This document shows, in pieces, positions 1 through 10,510 of a stretch of 32,672 nt of DNA. This DNA is from Folioceros fuciformis (lineage: Eukaryota): positions 1-32,672 of the forward strand of contig JBNGIO010005925.1 of NCBI GenBank assembly GCA_049999805.1, read 5' to 3'. Position 1 is the stretch's first letter, and each line of letters starts with the position of its first letter. Below the pieces are notes generated by a model. That model had not been told where the DNA came from. It saw only the letters and a list, made by a program, of their open reading frames with translations, and searched no databases. Position numbers and translations under genes: made by a program.

Positions 1-490
1 CCCCTACACACCATCACCACTATTCTGCACCACGCTCCATCACCCTCCACACACCGTCACCACCATTCTACACCGACCCACACCACGCTCCATCACCCTC
101 CACACATCACCACCATTCTACACCGACCCACACCACGCTCCATCACCCCTACACACCAATCACCACCCTTCTACACCGACTCTCTATCACCCCCTACACA
201 CCATCACCACCGTTCTACACCGACCCTCCATCACCCCTACACACCATCACCATCGTTCTACACCGACCCACACCACGCTCTATCACCCCTACACACCATC
301 ACCACCGTTCTACACTATCTACACCACGCTCCATCACCCTCCACACACCATCACCACCGTTGTACACTGATCTACACCACGCTCCATCACCCTCCACACA
401 CCATCACCACCGTTCTACATCGACCTGCACCATGCTCCATCACCCCCCCCCAGCACCCTCTTACCACCACCGCTACCACCCACCACCACC
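1..490. repeat. CAC/CAT-rich degenerate tandem minisatellite (units of ~39-54 bp), truncated by the window start
   Basis: Recurring CCCTACACACCATCACCACCGTTCTACACCGAC(CCACACCACG)CTCCATCA. The His/Pro-rich ORF 360..623 is a by-product of it. Confidence 0.9.
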
Positions 491-519
491 ACGGCTCGAG
501 CTTCTTCGCCTGAACTCAG

Positions 520-531
520 CCCTAAACCCTA
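520..531 (+). promoter_or_regulatory. Telo-box-like motif (CCCTAAACCCTA) upstream of the PPR gene
   Basis: AAACCCTA core about 190 bp upstream of ATG 719. Function is inferred only, and such motifs are scattered through the window. Confidence 0.3.
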
Positions 532-916
532 TGCTTGTACCTGCGTATAGTTGTATGCTACGTCTACCCATTCGTGTTGTCTGTAACTATGTAAAGTGTA
601 TGGCACCCTCTAAAGGAGAGTAGGGCCTACTAGGGGAACTACGTTCCACAGGGCTCCTGCCGTGTGCTTCTTGGTTTGCCAACTGCTTCAAGCGACTGAT
701 GTCTGCTTCATAACCGATATGAGCAGCAAAAGCATTCGGCTGCCGAGGTTCCGGAGGCCAGAGGTGGACGGCGGCCTGTGGGCCTGTGTACGAATGTCCG
801 ACCATGCTCCTCCTAACTACCTCTACGGTCGTGTGGTGTGGTCACGCAGTGCAGTGCCTGTGCATCCTGCCGTAAGTCTGTTGTCAGCCTCATGTTCCGA
901 CACCGGTTCCTGAAAG

Positions 917-3640
917 ATGGTCACTGCATGGCAGCCGGAGCCTTTGTGGACTCAACAGACTGCAATGGGGGAGTGTACAGGGATTGTACGAGGAGCCCCC
1001 TCTCGCCTCATTTTAGGAGGTGAACCTCTGACAAACAAGGCCTCCAACAGGTGCAGCAGTGTATGGAACCCAGCAATTCCACTACCGAGAAAAAGTCTGG
1101 GTGGGCACGGGTATTCCAGTTATGGTCGTCCCAACGACAAGGAGCAGGAGCAAGAGCAAGAGCACTTGTGGAAACGATTTTTCGTGGACCCGTCTATCTG
1201 GTGGGACATCAGACGAAATAAAAAGAGCTCCCGGTCGCCTGACTTCCGGCGTAAGAGGTGGAGCCAGGTCCTGTGCCTGAACAATTTGTTCCAGCCAGGT
1301 TGTGTTGATGAGCAGCTCATCTCCTTGGATGTGCGCGTGGGTCATGGTGCCTCTCCTGCTAGATGCCCATCTTTGGATGAGCCTGAACTTGGCAGGCGTG
1401 GAGGTTCGGGAATGGGTGTGGTCACCGCTGAGACCGTGAGCATGTTATGTCAGCAGGGGATGCTTTCTGAGGCAGTTGGAGCCCTGCAAGATCTGGCGCA
1501 CACGAACCCTGCCATCTCCCGGTCTCTGTTTTACACTGTGCTGAAACTGTGTACAGCCAAGAGGGATTTGGTCTCGGGGCGACGAGTTCATGATCTCACT
1601 GTCAAACTTGGGTACGATTCAAATGCATATGTGGGAAACCATATCTTGCGCATGTATGCATGCGGAGGTCGGCTACAGGAGGCCATGAATGTGTTCAGCA
1701 AGGTGGGCAAACCGGATGCGTTCCTTTGGTTTTCTATAATCTCCGCATTCTCTAAGCAGGGAAAACCTAATGAAGCCATACAACTGTACGAGGAGATGCG
1801 TAGGTCAGGAGTGAAGGCGAATGGCCACGTCTTTGTAGCTGCCCTGCAAGCTTGTGCATTGGCCGCCGACCTGGAATCTGGCAGGAAAGTGCACTCTGAT
1901 GTGTTGCACACTGGCATCCACACTAACTTGTTTGTTGGCAACTGCCTGGTGGACATGTATGCCAAATGTGGCGAATTGGAAGATGCTCGCCAGGTTTTCA
2001 ACAACATGGGGAGAAAGGATGTTGTGACATGTAATGCCCTCATATCTGGGTATGTCAAATGCGGTCAACTGGAAGACGCACGCCAGTTTTTTGACACCAT
2101 GCCCGCAAAGGATGTGGTGACATGGACCGCGCTGATTGCTGGGTATGCGCAGCAAGGGCTTGGCCAAGAGGCGCTCCTTATGTATGAACAAATGGAGGGA
2201 GAGGGCCTTGTTTTGGCTAACCACTTTACTCTGTCTTGCCTTCTGAAGGCCTGTGGAAGTACTGGTGCATTACAGAAGGGCAGGCAGCTGCACTCACATA
2301 TTGAGGAAAGAGGATTGCTGGATAACGTAGTCGTGAGCACCTGCCTGGTGGACATGTATGCAAAATGTGGTGAACTAGAAGCTGCACGCCAGGTTTTTGA
2401 CGGCTTGCCCACCAAGGATGTGGTTACATGGACTGCCCTGATTGCTGGTTATGCACAGCAAGGACTCGGCCAAGAGGCCCTTTCTGTGTATGGACAAATG
2501 GAGGAGGCGGGCCTCATTTTGGCTGACAATGTAACATTTTCTTGCCTGCTGAAGGCCTGTGCAAGCACTGGTGCCTTACAGAAGGGCAGGCAGCTGCACT
2601 CACAAATTGTCAAAAGAGGACTGCTGGATGACGTTGTGGTGGGCACCTGCTTGGTAGATATGTATGCAAAATGTGGTGAACTGGAAGCTGCACGCCAGGT
2701 TTTTGACAGCATGAACACAAAGAATGTGGTGACGTGGACCGCCCTGATATCTGGGTATGGTACTTGTGACGACGGTCAGATGGCACTTGCTTGTTTTGAG
2801 GAGATGTTAGCTGCCGGTATACAGCCTCATGATGCTACTTTTACTAGCCTTCTTGCAGCATGCAGTCATGAGGGACTAGTCGACGAAGGTCGCAAGCACT
2901 TTGCCTCTATGTTTGAACAGCATGGCATCAAACCTACCGTGGAGCATTATACCTGCATGATTGATCTTCTGGGTCGTGCTGGCCATTTGGCTGAGGCAGA
3001 GAAAATGCTATTATCATGTGAGGGCCGAGGCGATGTTGTGGGCCTGACGGCTTTGTTGACCGCCTGCCAAAGTCATGGGGACATAGAGAGGGCGACGTGG
3101 TGTTTTGAGAGCATTGTAAGGCTGGACCCCCAGGAGGCACCCGCCTATGTGCTCATGGCCAATGCCTATGCAGATGCAGGTAGGTGGGTGGATGTAGACA
3201 GGATTGAGACGCAGAGAAGGGCAGCAGGAGCTAACAAGATTGCTGCAGTGGCCACCATTGAGGTGGAGGAGCAGGTACATACATTTGTGGTGGGAGACAG
3301 GAGAGAGGATATTGCGCTCAGGGTGGAGAGCATGAATGCACGTTTGACACAGGAAGGGGGCCATGCACCTCACACAAGGCGGGTGTTGAAGCCAGTATGC
3401 GAGAAGGACAAGGAAGATGCGCTTTGTGGGCATGCTGAAAAACTAGCTATGGCGTTTGGTCTTTTAAATACTCCGAGTGGAACACCTCTGGTGGTGACGA
3501 AGAATTTACGCATGTGCAGTGACTGCCACAGTTCCACGGAGATCATGTCAAGACTTGAACAGAGACACATTGTTGTAAGGGACGGGTACCGGGTGCACCG
3601 ATTCGCTAATGGTTGTTGCAGTTGTAAGGGTCGACCGTGA
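917..3640 (+). CDS. PLS-class PPR protein with E1/E2 and C-terminal DYW:KP (GRP-type) domain; candidate organellar U-to-C RNA editing factor; N-terminal OSB-like PDF motif. The true start may be ATG 719 via an intron starting at 872.
   Basis: 907-aa ORF with P-L-S repeats (LVDMYAKCGELEAARQVFD, DVVTWTALIAGYAQQG), E motifs (HYTCMIDLLGRAGHL; AYVLMANAYA), a C-terminal domain with HAEKLA and CSDCH Zn ligands, and a GRP end instead of DYW. Confidence 0.95.
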   Translation: MVTAWQPEPLWTQQTAMGECTGIVRGAPSRLILGGEPLTNKASNRCSSVWNPAIPLPRKSLGGHGYSSYGRPNDKEQEQEQEHLWKRFFVDPSIWWDIRRNKKSSRSPDFRRKRWSQVLCLNNLFQPGCVDEQLISLDVRVGHGASPARCPSLDEPELGRRGGSGMGVVTAETVSMLCQQGMLSEAVGALQDLAHTNPAISRSLFYTVLKLCTAKRDLVSGRRVHDLTVKLGYDSNAYVGNHILRMYACGGRLQEAMNVFSKVGKPDAFLWFSIISAFSKQGKPNEAIQLYEEMRRSGVKANGHVFVAALQACALAADLESGRKVHSDVLHTGIHTNLFVGNCLVDMYAKCGELEDARQVFNNMGRKDVVTCNALISGYVKCGQLEDARQFFDTMPAKDVVTWTALIAGYAQQGLGQEALLMYEQMEGEGLVLANHFTLSCLLKACGSTGALQKGRQLHSHIEERGLLDNVVVSTCLVDMYAKCGELEAARQVFDGLPTKDVVTWTALIAGYAQQGLGQEALSVYGQMEEAGLILADNVTFSCLLKACASTGALQKGRQLHSQIVKRGLLDDVVVGTCLVDMYAKCGELEAARQVFDSMNTKNVVTWTALISGYGTCDDGQMALACFEEMLAAGIQPHDATFTSLLAACSHEGLVDEGRKHFASMFEQHGIKPTVEHYTCMIDLLGRAGHLAEAEKMLLSCEGRGDVVGLTALLTACQSHGDIERATWCFESIVRLDPQEAPAYVLMANAYADAGRWVDVDRIETQRRAAGANKIAAVATIEVEEQVHTFVVGDRREDIALRVESMNARLTQEGGHAPHTRRVLKPVCEKDKEDALCGHAEKLAMAFGLLNTPSGTPLVVTKNLRMCSDCHSSTEIMSRLEQRHIVVRDGYRVHRFANGCCSCKGRP
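2110..2715 (+). repeat. Internal tandem duplication of one P-L-S PPR triplet (2 x ~303 nt)
   Basis: KDVVTWTALIAGYAQQGLGQEAL...LVDMYAKCGELEAARQVFD occurs twice with near-identical DNA, e.g. CTGAAGGCCTGT...TTACAGAAGGGCAGGCAGCTGCACTCACA. Confidence 0.85.
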
Positions 3641-4734
3641 CAATGGAGAATTGATGTTCCAAGTCTAGGTGGCTACTTCCGCCAGAGAGGATCTGCGTTT
3701 TGGTTTAAAAGCCTTGGGTGGCCCCCAAGTAAATGTGTTTGGGAGGTCAAGCTATCTAGACGAGGCTGGGCAGATGCTACTATTATGTGACGGCAAAAGT
3801 AAGCGTTTGCTGAAAGCCTGCAAAAGTCACGGGGATATAGCCACACATGGCAGTTTGGTGGTTTGAAAGCGTGGTCAACCTGAACTCTTCAAGGGATGCT
3901 GTATACAAGGATTTGTATCCGGGAGTTTGTCACCACCCTATATTTGCTGTGGTTTAGACGGTTTGCGCAAGAACTAAAAAATCTATCGTATCCTTCCTTT
4001 ATCTCATTGGATTCCAGTTTGATCGCATTCGTAATCGTGTCCGGTTGCGCCCTCCCTGCAGGAATGTTCACTGTAGGGGGTTTCTCCTTCCAGGAATGGA
4101 AACCACTGCCGTCTCGTGTCGTCTGTTTCAAGATATCGGGGCTCCACTCCATTGAAGGAAAGGGCATCCCTGAAGGAGCTCTGCAAGATGACCCCGTCAG
4201 AAACTCGTGCAATCCCTACAGGTCAACATCGCTTCAAGGGACATCAATGAGAGAGGGGGCAAGATGGGAACAGGAGGGAAAAGGTTGCAATCAACGATGC
4301 AACCCCTTGGCACGCAAAGCGCATTCTCACCTTATCTTTTGGATGGGCAAGGACCCGCGATGCCCAAGCACTTTCTGACCTTGAGTTGTGGAGACATTGA
4401 GGAGCTCTGTTGCCCCACCTGCCGGCATCAACAGTCTACGATGCCACTTCCTCCTTTTGACACCTTTTTTTTTCTTCCTTAAGCTATCCTTGGTCGGATC
4501 TCTCTGTTCATGGCGTGGCTTGTATCCACCTTTGTTCTAGATGCAAGAGATAAGGCATTCGCCACTCCTTTGGCAACTAGAGATATGGGTGTATTCGGCG
4601 AGGAAGCTTTCCGTACAAAGTGAATGCCAAGCCTTGTGGTGTCCAGAAGAGTGAGTGCAGGGAAAGAAAACCGGAACGAAACCCGGTCGAACAGACAATA
4701 CTCGATGGTTACAGGTAGCGTGTGGATGCGGTCA

Positions 4735-5886
4735 TTATGTTCCGATTAACCGTTTGTAACGAGCATACCCCAGTACACCCCCGAAAACAAGAAATCCTGC
4801 GAACCCTGTTAAAACAACCACCCATTTGAACATGTAGGAGTGGCCAGTATTCCACTTGTATGGAAGGTTCATTCCAAATATTCCAGCCACTAGTGCATAC
4901 AGGGCCGTCACTACTGTTGCAGAGCTCAATATAAGCTCTAGCTGTATCAGCTGATTCCTGTGGTTGTCCAGCTGGATGTTGATGTAATCCTCCGTGTCAT
5001 CAATGTACTCTCGAAGTGTTGTGAGCTTGTTTAGAGTCCCATCAATCTGCATGAAGTATGCCTCCAATAACATTTCAAGCTCCTCAATGTCCTCAGCACC
5101 ATGAGAATAGGTAGACACCGTAGCGGCTCTGCTAGCCCCTCTCGAGAGCCTTGAGCCAATTGTGGGAGAGGTGGCGACCCAGTCCCCGGGTGTCAAAGAC
5201 GTCCGAGCAGCTCTAGGAGATGCTCCTCCCACAGTTTTCCTTGTGAGAAACAGGTCAGCCATGTCCCCGTCATCATCCAGAAGCTGTTCAAGCTCATCCC
5301 TAATCTTTTGAACACGGGCAGTGAGTCTGGTCATCCCGCTCTTCAGCTTCCTCACTTTGTCCAGATTCCGACTAGTAATCTTGTTCGTCAGATCATCTAG
5401 AGCTGGATACGCTGATGTCTCAAGTTCTGTCATGCTTGCGTCCAGAAAGCTACAAATTGCTTCCAAAGCCACTTCCAATGCCCTGAACTCGAAAGGAGGC
5501 ACCTCTCCACTACTATCCACATCGTAGCCCTCCGCTCCAAAATTGTCAGGTTGCTGGACATAATTCTTGGCAGGCAGCCTGCGAGAAAGCTCTTCCACGA
5601 TTGGTACTACGTGCTCGCTGTGAGGGTTCCGCAACAAAACCTCTTCAGCTGTGATTATAGCTTTGATGTGCTCAAGATTCAGAACGATGGCCCGCTCACG
5701 CCCTAGGATGGTCGATGGATAAGACAGCAGAGGGTCTAGAATCCGAAGATCACGGGCATGTATCCCTACCCGATGCATGATCGCATATTTGTCTACATCC
5801 AACGCAGTACGGTGCCCATTCACGTCGAGCAAAACCCAATTCGTGCGAGATGCTCCCTTCTTCGGGCCTTGTGCTTGGACCGCCAT
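4735..5886 (-). CDS. MRS2: MRS2/CorA-family magnesium transporter (MRS2-2/7/I-like), 383 aa, single exon
   Basis: [70 protein letters not shown] and a GMN motif at the end of the first of two C-terminal TM helices. First ATG of the frame is at 5886. Confidence 0.95.
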   Translation of the reverse strand: MAVQAQGPKKGASRTNWVLLDVNGHRTALDVDKYAIMHRVGIHARDLRILDPLLSYPSTILGRERAIVLNLEHIKAIITAEEVLLRNPHSEHVVPIVEELSRRLPAKNYVQQPDNFGAEGYDVDSSGEVPPFEFRALEVALEAICSFLDASMTELETSAYPALDDLTNKITSRNLDKVRKLKSGMTRLTARVQKIRDELEQLLDDDGDMADLFLTRKTVGGASPRAARTSLTPGDWVATSPTIGSRLSRGASRAATVSTYSHGAEDIEELEMLLEAYFMQIDGTLNKLTTLREYIDDTEDYINIQLDNHRNQLIQLELILSSATVVTALYALVAGIFGMNLPYKWNTGHSYMFKWVVVLTGFAGFLVFGGVLGYARYKRLIGT

Positions 5887-6650
5887 GGCAGCTCTTCGCC
5901 GCGCGGCCGCCTGAGGACCCCAATTCCGGCAAATCAAACAGCTGCACCATAGCACAAGGCAATCCCAGAACGTCGTGCATACTCCTTAGATTCCGAGGGA
6001 ACAGAGTCTGCACGTCGGGGCAGTTATGATAAATGCCTGAGGCGTGCTTAGGTCTGAAGGGCGGACTCCAGCGTCAGCATTATAATTGCTCCAAGAACAT
6101 CCTTACCCTAACAAGCCAAAACACGTGGGCATCAACGGTCTGGGCCGTCTGCCATGGAGATGTGGTCATGCACACTAGGCACCTGCGGATGCGGATGCTG
6201 CCACAACAGTGGTGTCGCTGGACGTTGACGGATGGCCACACTGTGTTAATTTAACCCCTTGTGATCGATCCAACAAAGTCGCTCTGCGTAGAGGGATTCC
6301 AGTAGGACCGCCTGATCAGCTCACTGCAAGGAATGAAGCCACGGAACACAATCAAGCCTTCAGTTACGGCAGTGAAAAGGTGCCCAGCGAAAAAAAATCT
6401 TCGAAAATATGACGTTTTATTCTCTCAGGGCTTGCAATAATAAATCCTAAGCGCTGCACCATCCTCTGGCTTGTGCGCTCATCCAAATGCATGGCATGCC
6501 AAAGTTTTGTCCTAGGGTATCTAGAAACATATTCGCTTTCAATTTTCACTTTGACAAATGAACCAAATCGGACCTTGCACGGGGACACAACAAGCAATCG
6601 CACATATTTATTTGAGTTTTGAGTAAAAACAGCTAGCCTTCCCGTTTTAT

Positions 6651-6780
6651 GTTCATGACTTCTCTGCTAGATTGAAAGAAAATAGGAATTGTTCATGACT
6701 TCTTGGCTAGATTGCAAGCACATAAGAACTGTTCATGACTTGTTTGCGAGACTTCAAACATAAGAACACTTTCATGGCTA
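6651..6780. repeat. Degenerate 40-bp tandem repeat (~3 copies)
   Basis: GTTCATGACTT... starts at 6651, 6691 and 6731. Confidence 0.75.
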
Positions 6781-8384
6781 TTTCCTATTGTTGTGGGGAG
6801 GATCTATATGGCATATGCTTTTAAGGTTTGGGGTTGGCCCAGGCTGAGGAACTAGCTTGCGCTTGATGCATTCTCATTATATGCAATTGCACAATGGCCT
6901 CCAGCCCATTTAAGGTTTAGGGTTTAGAGGTCCAGCCTTGGCTAAGCCTAGCAGGCAGCTGAAACGGGCTAAAATAGATAGCTTCTTTTGGTTAGAGAAT
7001 GTCCATTGTTGTTNNNNNNNNNNTAATGTCATGTACAAAATGATGATAATGGCAAGAGAGGTGCAATCAGTAATTCTAAGTGTAAGTAGAACCTTCCTCC
7101 TCTCAAACTATGATATCTTAGGTACTATTGGTAGTCATAATTATGGTATTAGGCTTAGCGATTTCCAAGACTAGCTCTCATTGGTTTGGTCACCTTTTGT
7201 AGTTTATCTCATCACTTTTGGAATAGATAGGTTCCATCTTGTTTTTCTCCATTGAAGAAAATTATAATATTTAATGTTTGTGCATTTAATTGCATCTTCC
7301 CTTTCTTCCCTTTAAACACCCCATCTTAGTTACGTTACCTCCTTCAAGGACATCCTTCCCTTTAGATGTCCTATTCGAACTACATTACATGCTCCAAGGA
7401 CATCAATCCTTCACTTCCTTGTCTTTAGTGAAATAATTTAAAAGTTACTCAGATCAATTGCACTTAAGCAATCACATATTAAAAAAATATTATTTCTATA
7501 AAAAATCTATTGAATTAATTAATTAATAGAAAAAAAAGTAAGTTGGTTTTTAAACACTGCTTTCATATGTGCCTTTTGGCTAGGGGCACAATTCTTCACA
7601 AATAGGTATGTCTATTTGTATCTATTTATCTTGCTTATCTAATAACTTGTTACTAACTGATAAGCTATATAAAACCTCTAGAACCTCTAAAACCTCGTCA
7701 GTACATATCTCCTTCTTCTTCATTTAAGGACCCTATTCTAAGTAGAACCCGAATACAAAGATGCTTACTCAACAATCTTCTTATATATTATACCCATATA
7801 TGTTGGGCTAAGCCATCATGTATGAGGGTTTTCTACTTCAACAATGTCTTTTGATTAGTTGACAAGTTTGAGTCTTGGACTACTTTGCTTCCTTACATTT
7901 ATTATAATTATGTTTGATTTCTTTAATTACGTTCTCAAGAATATTAAACAAAAAGGACTTCATCGCTAAAGAATGAAAACCTCCTCATTAAAGAACCCTA
8001 GGAAAAACACTCAACTAAATGTTACAAAATCAAGCAAGAACTTATCATCTATGGCACACCAAAGGCAGGCTCTTCAGTCTATCGTTCAAAGACCTTGGGG
8101 CCCAAAACAAAGGGAGGTCCTTAGGCTAGAGCCACCAACAAATACTTTTATTAGTAATGTCATCAACAAACCATTTACTCATTAAATGATCATTTTAACT
8201 TTACTATACTTTATGAATGTTTTCACATAAAGACAGGGGAACATTGGGATCCCTCTTTCGGTCACCCGTTTCTTTCAAGTGATCAATACAATCACTTCTC
8301 CATAATATCAGCTTAGGCACTTTATAGGAATCATCAGCACTAGCTAGCACTTCTTAAGAATATAAACACAAGCAATATATGAGA

Positions 8385-8480
8385 ATCAAAGGTGGAGGCA
8401 CTTTGCAAGGATCAGAGGTGGAGGCACTTTGCAAGGATCATTAGCATAGGCAATTTGTGAGAATAAAAGGTGGAGGCTCT
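8385..8480. repeat. Short tandem/dispersed duplication (ATCA(A/G)AGGTGGAGGCACTTTGCAAGG)
   Basis: Two adjacent near-identical ~26-bp copies plus a partial third copy near 8467. Confidence 0.7.
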
Positions 8481-9429
8481 CACAAACCCTCTCTATGGGC
8501 CAAGTGGAGACCGTAGAAAGGACGGAGTACATGTTGACATGTTGGTGCCCCTAGGTTGAGTTGGCTAGGTTGGTTGTTCTTAGAGTGATTACCAAAGTCT
8601 AGTCGTTAGGTGATTTAGTCATAAAAATATCTCGTTTAATCTACTAGCAAATCCCCACATTCATCTAAGCATGGAGGTGTTAGCATGGTTGATTTGTACT
8701 ATAGCCTTGATCTTCACATGTGAGTTAGCCTTTACAAATCCCTCTTGTGACTACAGATGCCACAAAAGCATGACCATGATTTGGAGGCAAGGTCTTTGAA
8801 AGTACAAGGTTTTTGTGAAATAAGATCATGATTTTCACTCTCATTCATGTGCAATTGGTTACATACCCTTTTTCAATGCCCATGAAGTCGCTTCTTCCAA
8901 GCATGTTCATATTAAAAGACTCATGTGGCATATTTGGACCCTTGAAATTTTATGGTCTTAGCTAGAGAATTTTTAGTCATTAGAAAGTATTAGGCTAGAA
9001 CATAATACTAGAGTAACAAATCTTCAGCAATATATATAGCTCAAAATTGTTGAGTTGCTTGTGTAGGCATAAAAAAGAGCAAGACCTAGCTCCCCTTCCC
9101 TTTAGCTTTTCTTGGCCTCCAATTGGCTATATGTCTAGCTTGTTTCTTGATGTTCTTGGATTCATGTTCTGGTGCCATGAAAATGTAGAAATTGTAAATA
9201 TAAATATCTTACTTCAATCTCAATGGAAAAACGCCAATGAGGTTTTCAGTGAGAGCTCGTTCAAATATCTTCACAATGGTGTATAAGACAACACATTTTT
9301 ACAAGTATGCAATTCAGCACAAAGCCTCAGTAGTAGGATTGATGTTCGTGTATACAATGGACTTATAGACTCTCACTCAAATGTGCATTTGGATGACTGG
9401 CGCCCATCTACCCCTCTCCTCCCCCTCCC

Positions 9430-9745
9430 CTTCTTGAGGCTTGGGGGAGGCTATGAGCCCCCCTTGTCCCCTATAGCTCACAACCATGAGTGCTCCTATG
9501 GCTATCCTCGAAGCCACTATTGGAGCTCTATGGATGGATGCAACATACATGCAATGCAATGGAACAGTTTGCACGAAACCCGTTACACTCCATCCAATTT
9601 CAAGCTCATAGTTCCCCCCTTTCCCCCTTGAGGCTTGGGAGCGAGAGAGGCTACGAGCCCTATGGATGGATGTAATATACTTGCGGTGCAATGCAACAAC
9701 TTGCACTAAACCCATTGCATTCCATCGAGTTTCAAGCTCACAATT
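9430..9745. repeat. Diverged local duplication
   Basis: CTATGGATGGATG...TTTCAAGCTCA occurs at ~9528-9609 and ~9660-9741. TTGAGGCTTGGG occurs at ~9434 and ~9628. Confidence 0.65.
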
Positions 9746-10144
9746 TTCTCCAAAACATGTAAACTAACAAGTCTAGTGTCTAGCAACTCATAGGTTAAGT
9801 TTGATATTTTAATACATGAAAATGAAAATACACATCATTATTATAAATATCATATAACGACTCTTTTGTCATCGTCATTCTCTTCCATATTCATCTTATA
9901 TATATAACAGTCACTCTATAGATGGAGGCTATATCATTCATCGGTTGTCATAAAAGACTCCACAATGTAGTAGTGTTAATTTCCCAGCCTCTAAGACCAA
10001 GGAGATGAACTACTTGTTGCATACATTGTCCAGCCTAACCTCAATTGAAGCTCTAAAACACATGCATGCTAGGAGTCGTGGCAGTCCTTGTCCACACCTA
10101 TTGCAACCTATGTACGATAACCAAATGCATGTGACACTTTGAAG

Positions 10145-10183
10145 GATTTAGGGTTTAGGGTTCTTAACCCTAAACCCTAAATC
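10145..10183. repeat. Perfect inverted repeat of plant telomere units (18-bp arms, 3-nt spacer)
   Basis: GATTTAGGGTTTAGGGTT-CTT-AACCCTAAACCCTAAATC. Confidence 0.9.
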
Positions 10184-10277
10184 AATGATCCTTTTAAGGA
10201 TTGTTGTTTAAACCCTTTCATGAAGAATAGTTGTAACAAATAAGGAGCATCTCCAATAATGTAAGGAGGCATAGGAA

Positions 10278-10510
10278 CACCTTCCACCATGGTAATGAGC
10301 TCTTTAAATAGGCTCTTTCTGATCATCTGTTGCCATGAACTACTATTTCACAAAATTCTTGCATCATTAGAACCTCCTGAGACTATTGAGGCATAAATCT
10401 AACCTTCCATCATGGTAATGGGTTCTCTAAATATGCTCTTTCCGATTACAGATTGCCATTAACTATTACTTCCAAAATTTTGCATCATTAGGACCTCCCA
10501 AGACTATTGA
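10278..10510. repeat. Diverged tandem duplication (~120-bp period) inside the transposase relic
   Basis: ACCTTCCA.CATGGTAATG...TGCATCATTAG.ACCTCC..AGACTATTGA is present twice. Confidence 0.8.

Noticed and set aside
360-623. His/Pro-rich ORF, and the repetitive ORFs at 12090-12528 and 26078-26986
   Set aside because: These are translations of tandem repeats.
911-913. Idea that the TGA is repaired to CGA by U-to-C editing of the editor's own mRNA
   Set aside because: Such editing is known only in organelles, and a consensus phase-0 intron explains stop removal more simply.
3669-4482. ORFs of 60-160 aa between the PPR and MRS2 genes
   Set aside because: No recognisable domain or consistent splice model; probably UTR or intergenic sequence.
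7000-9400. Possible further TE coding relics in the AT-rich spacer
   Set aside because: No motif could be read with confidence by eye; this needs a translated search.
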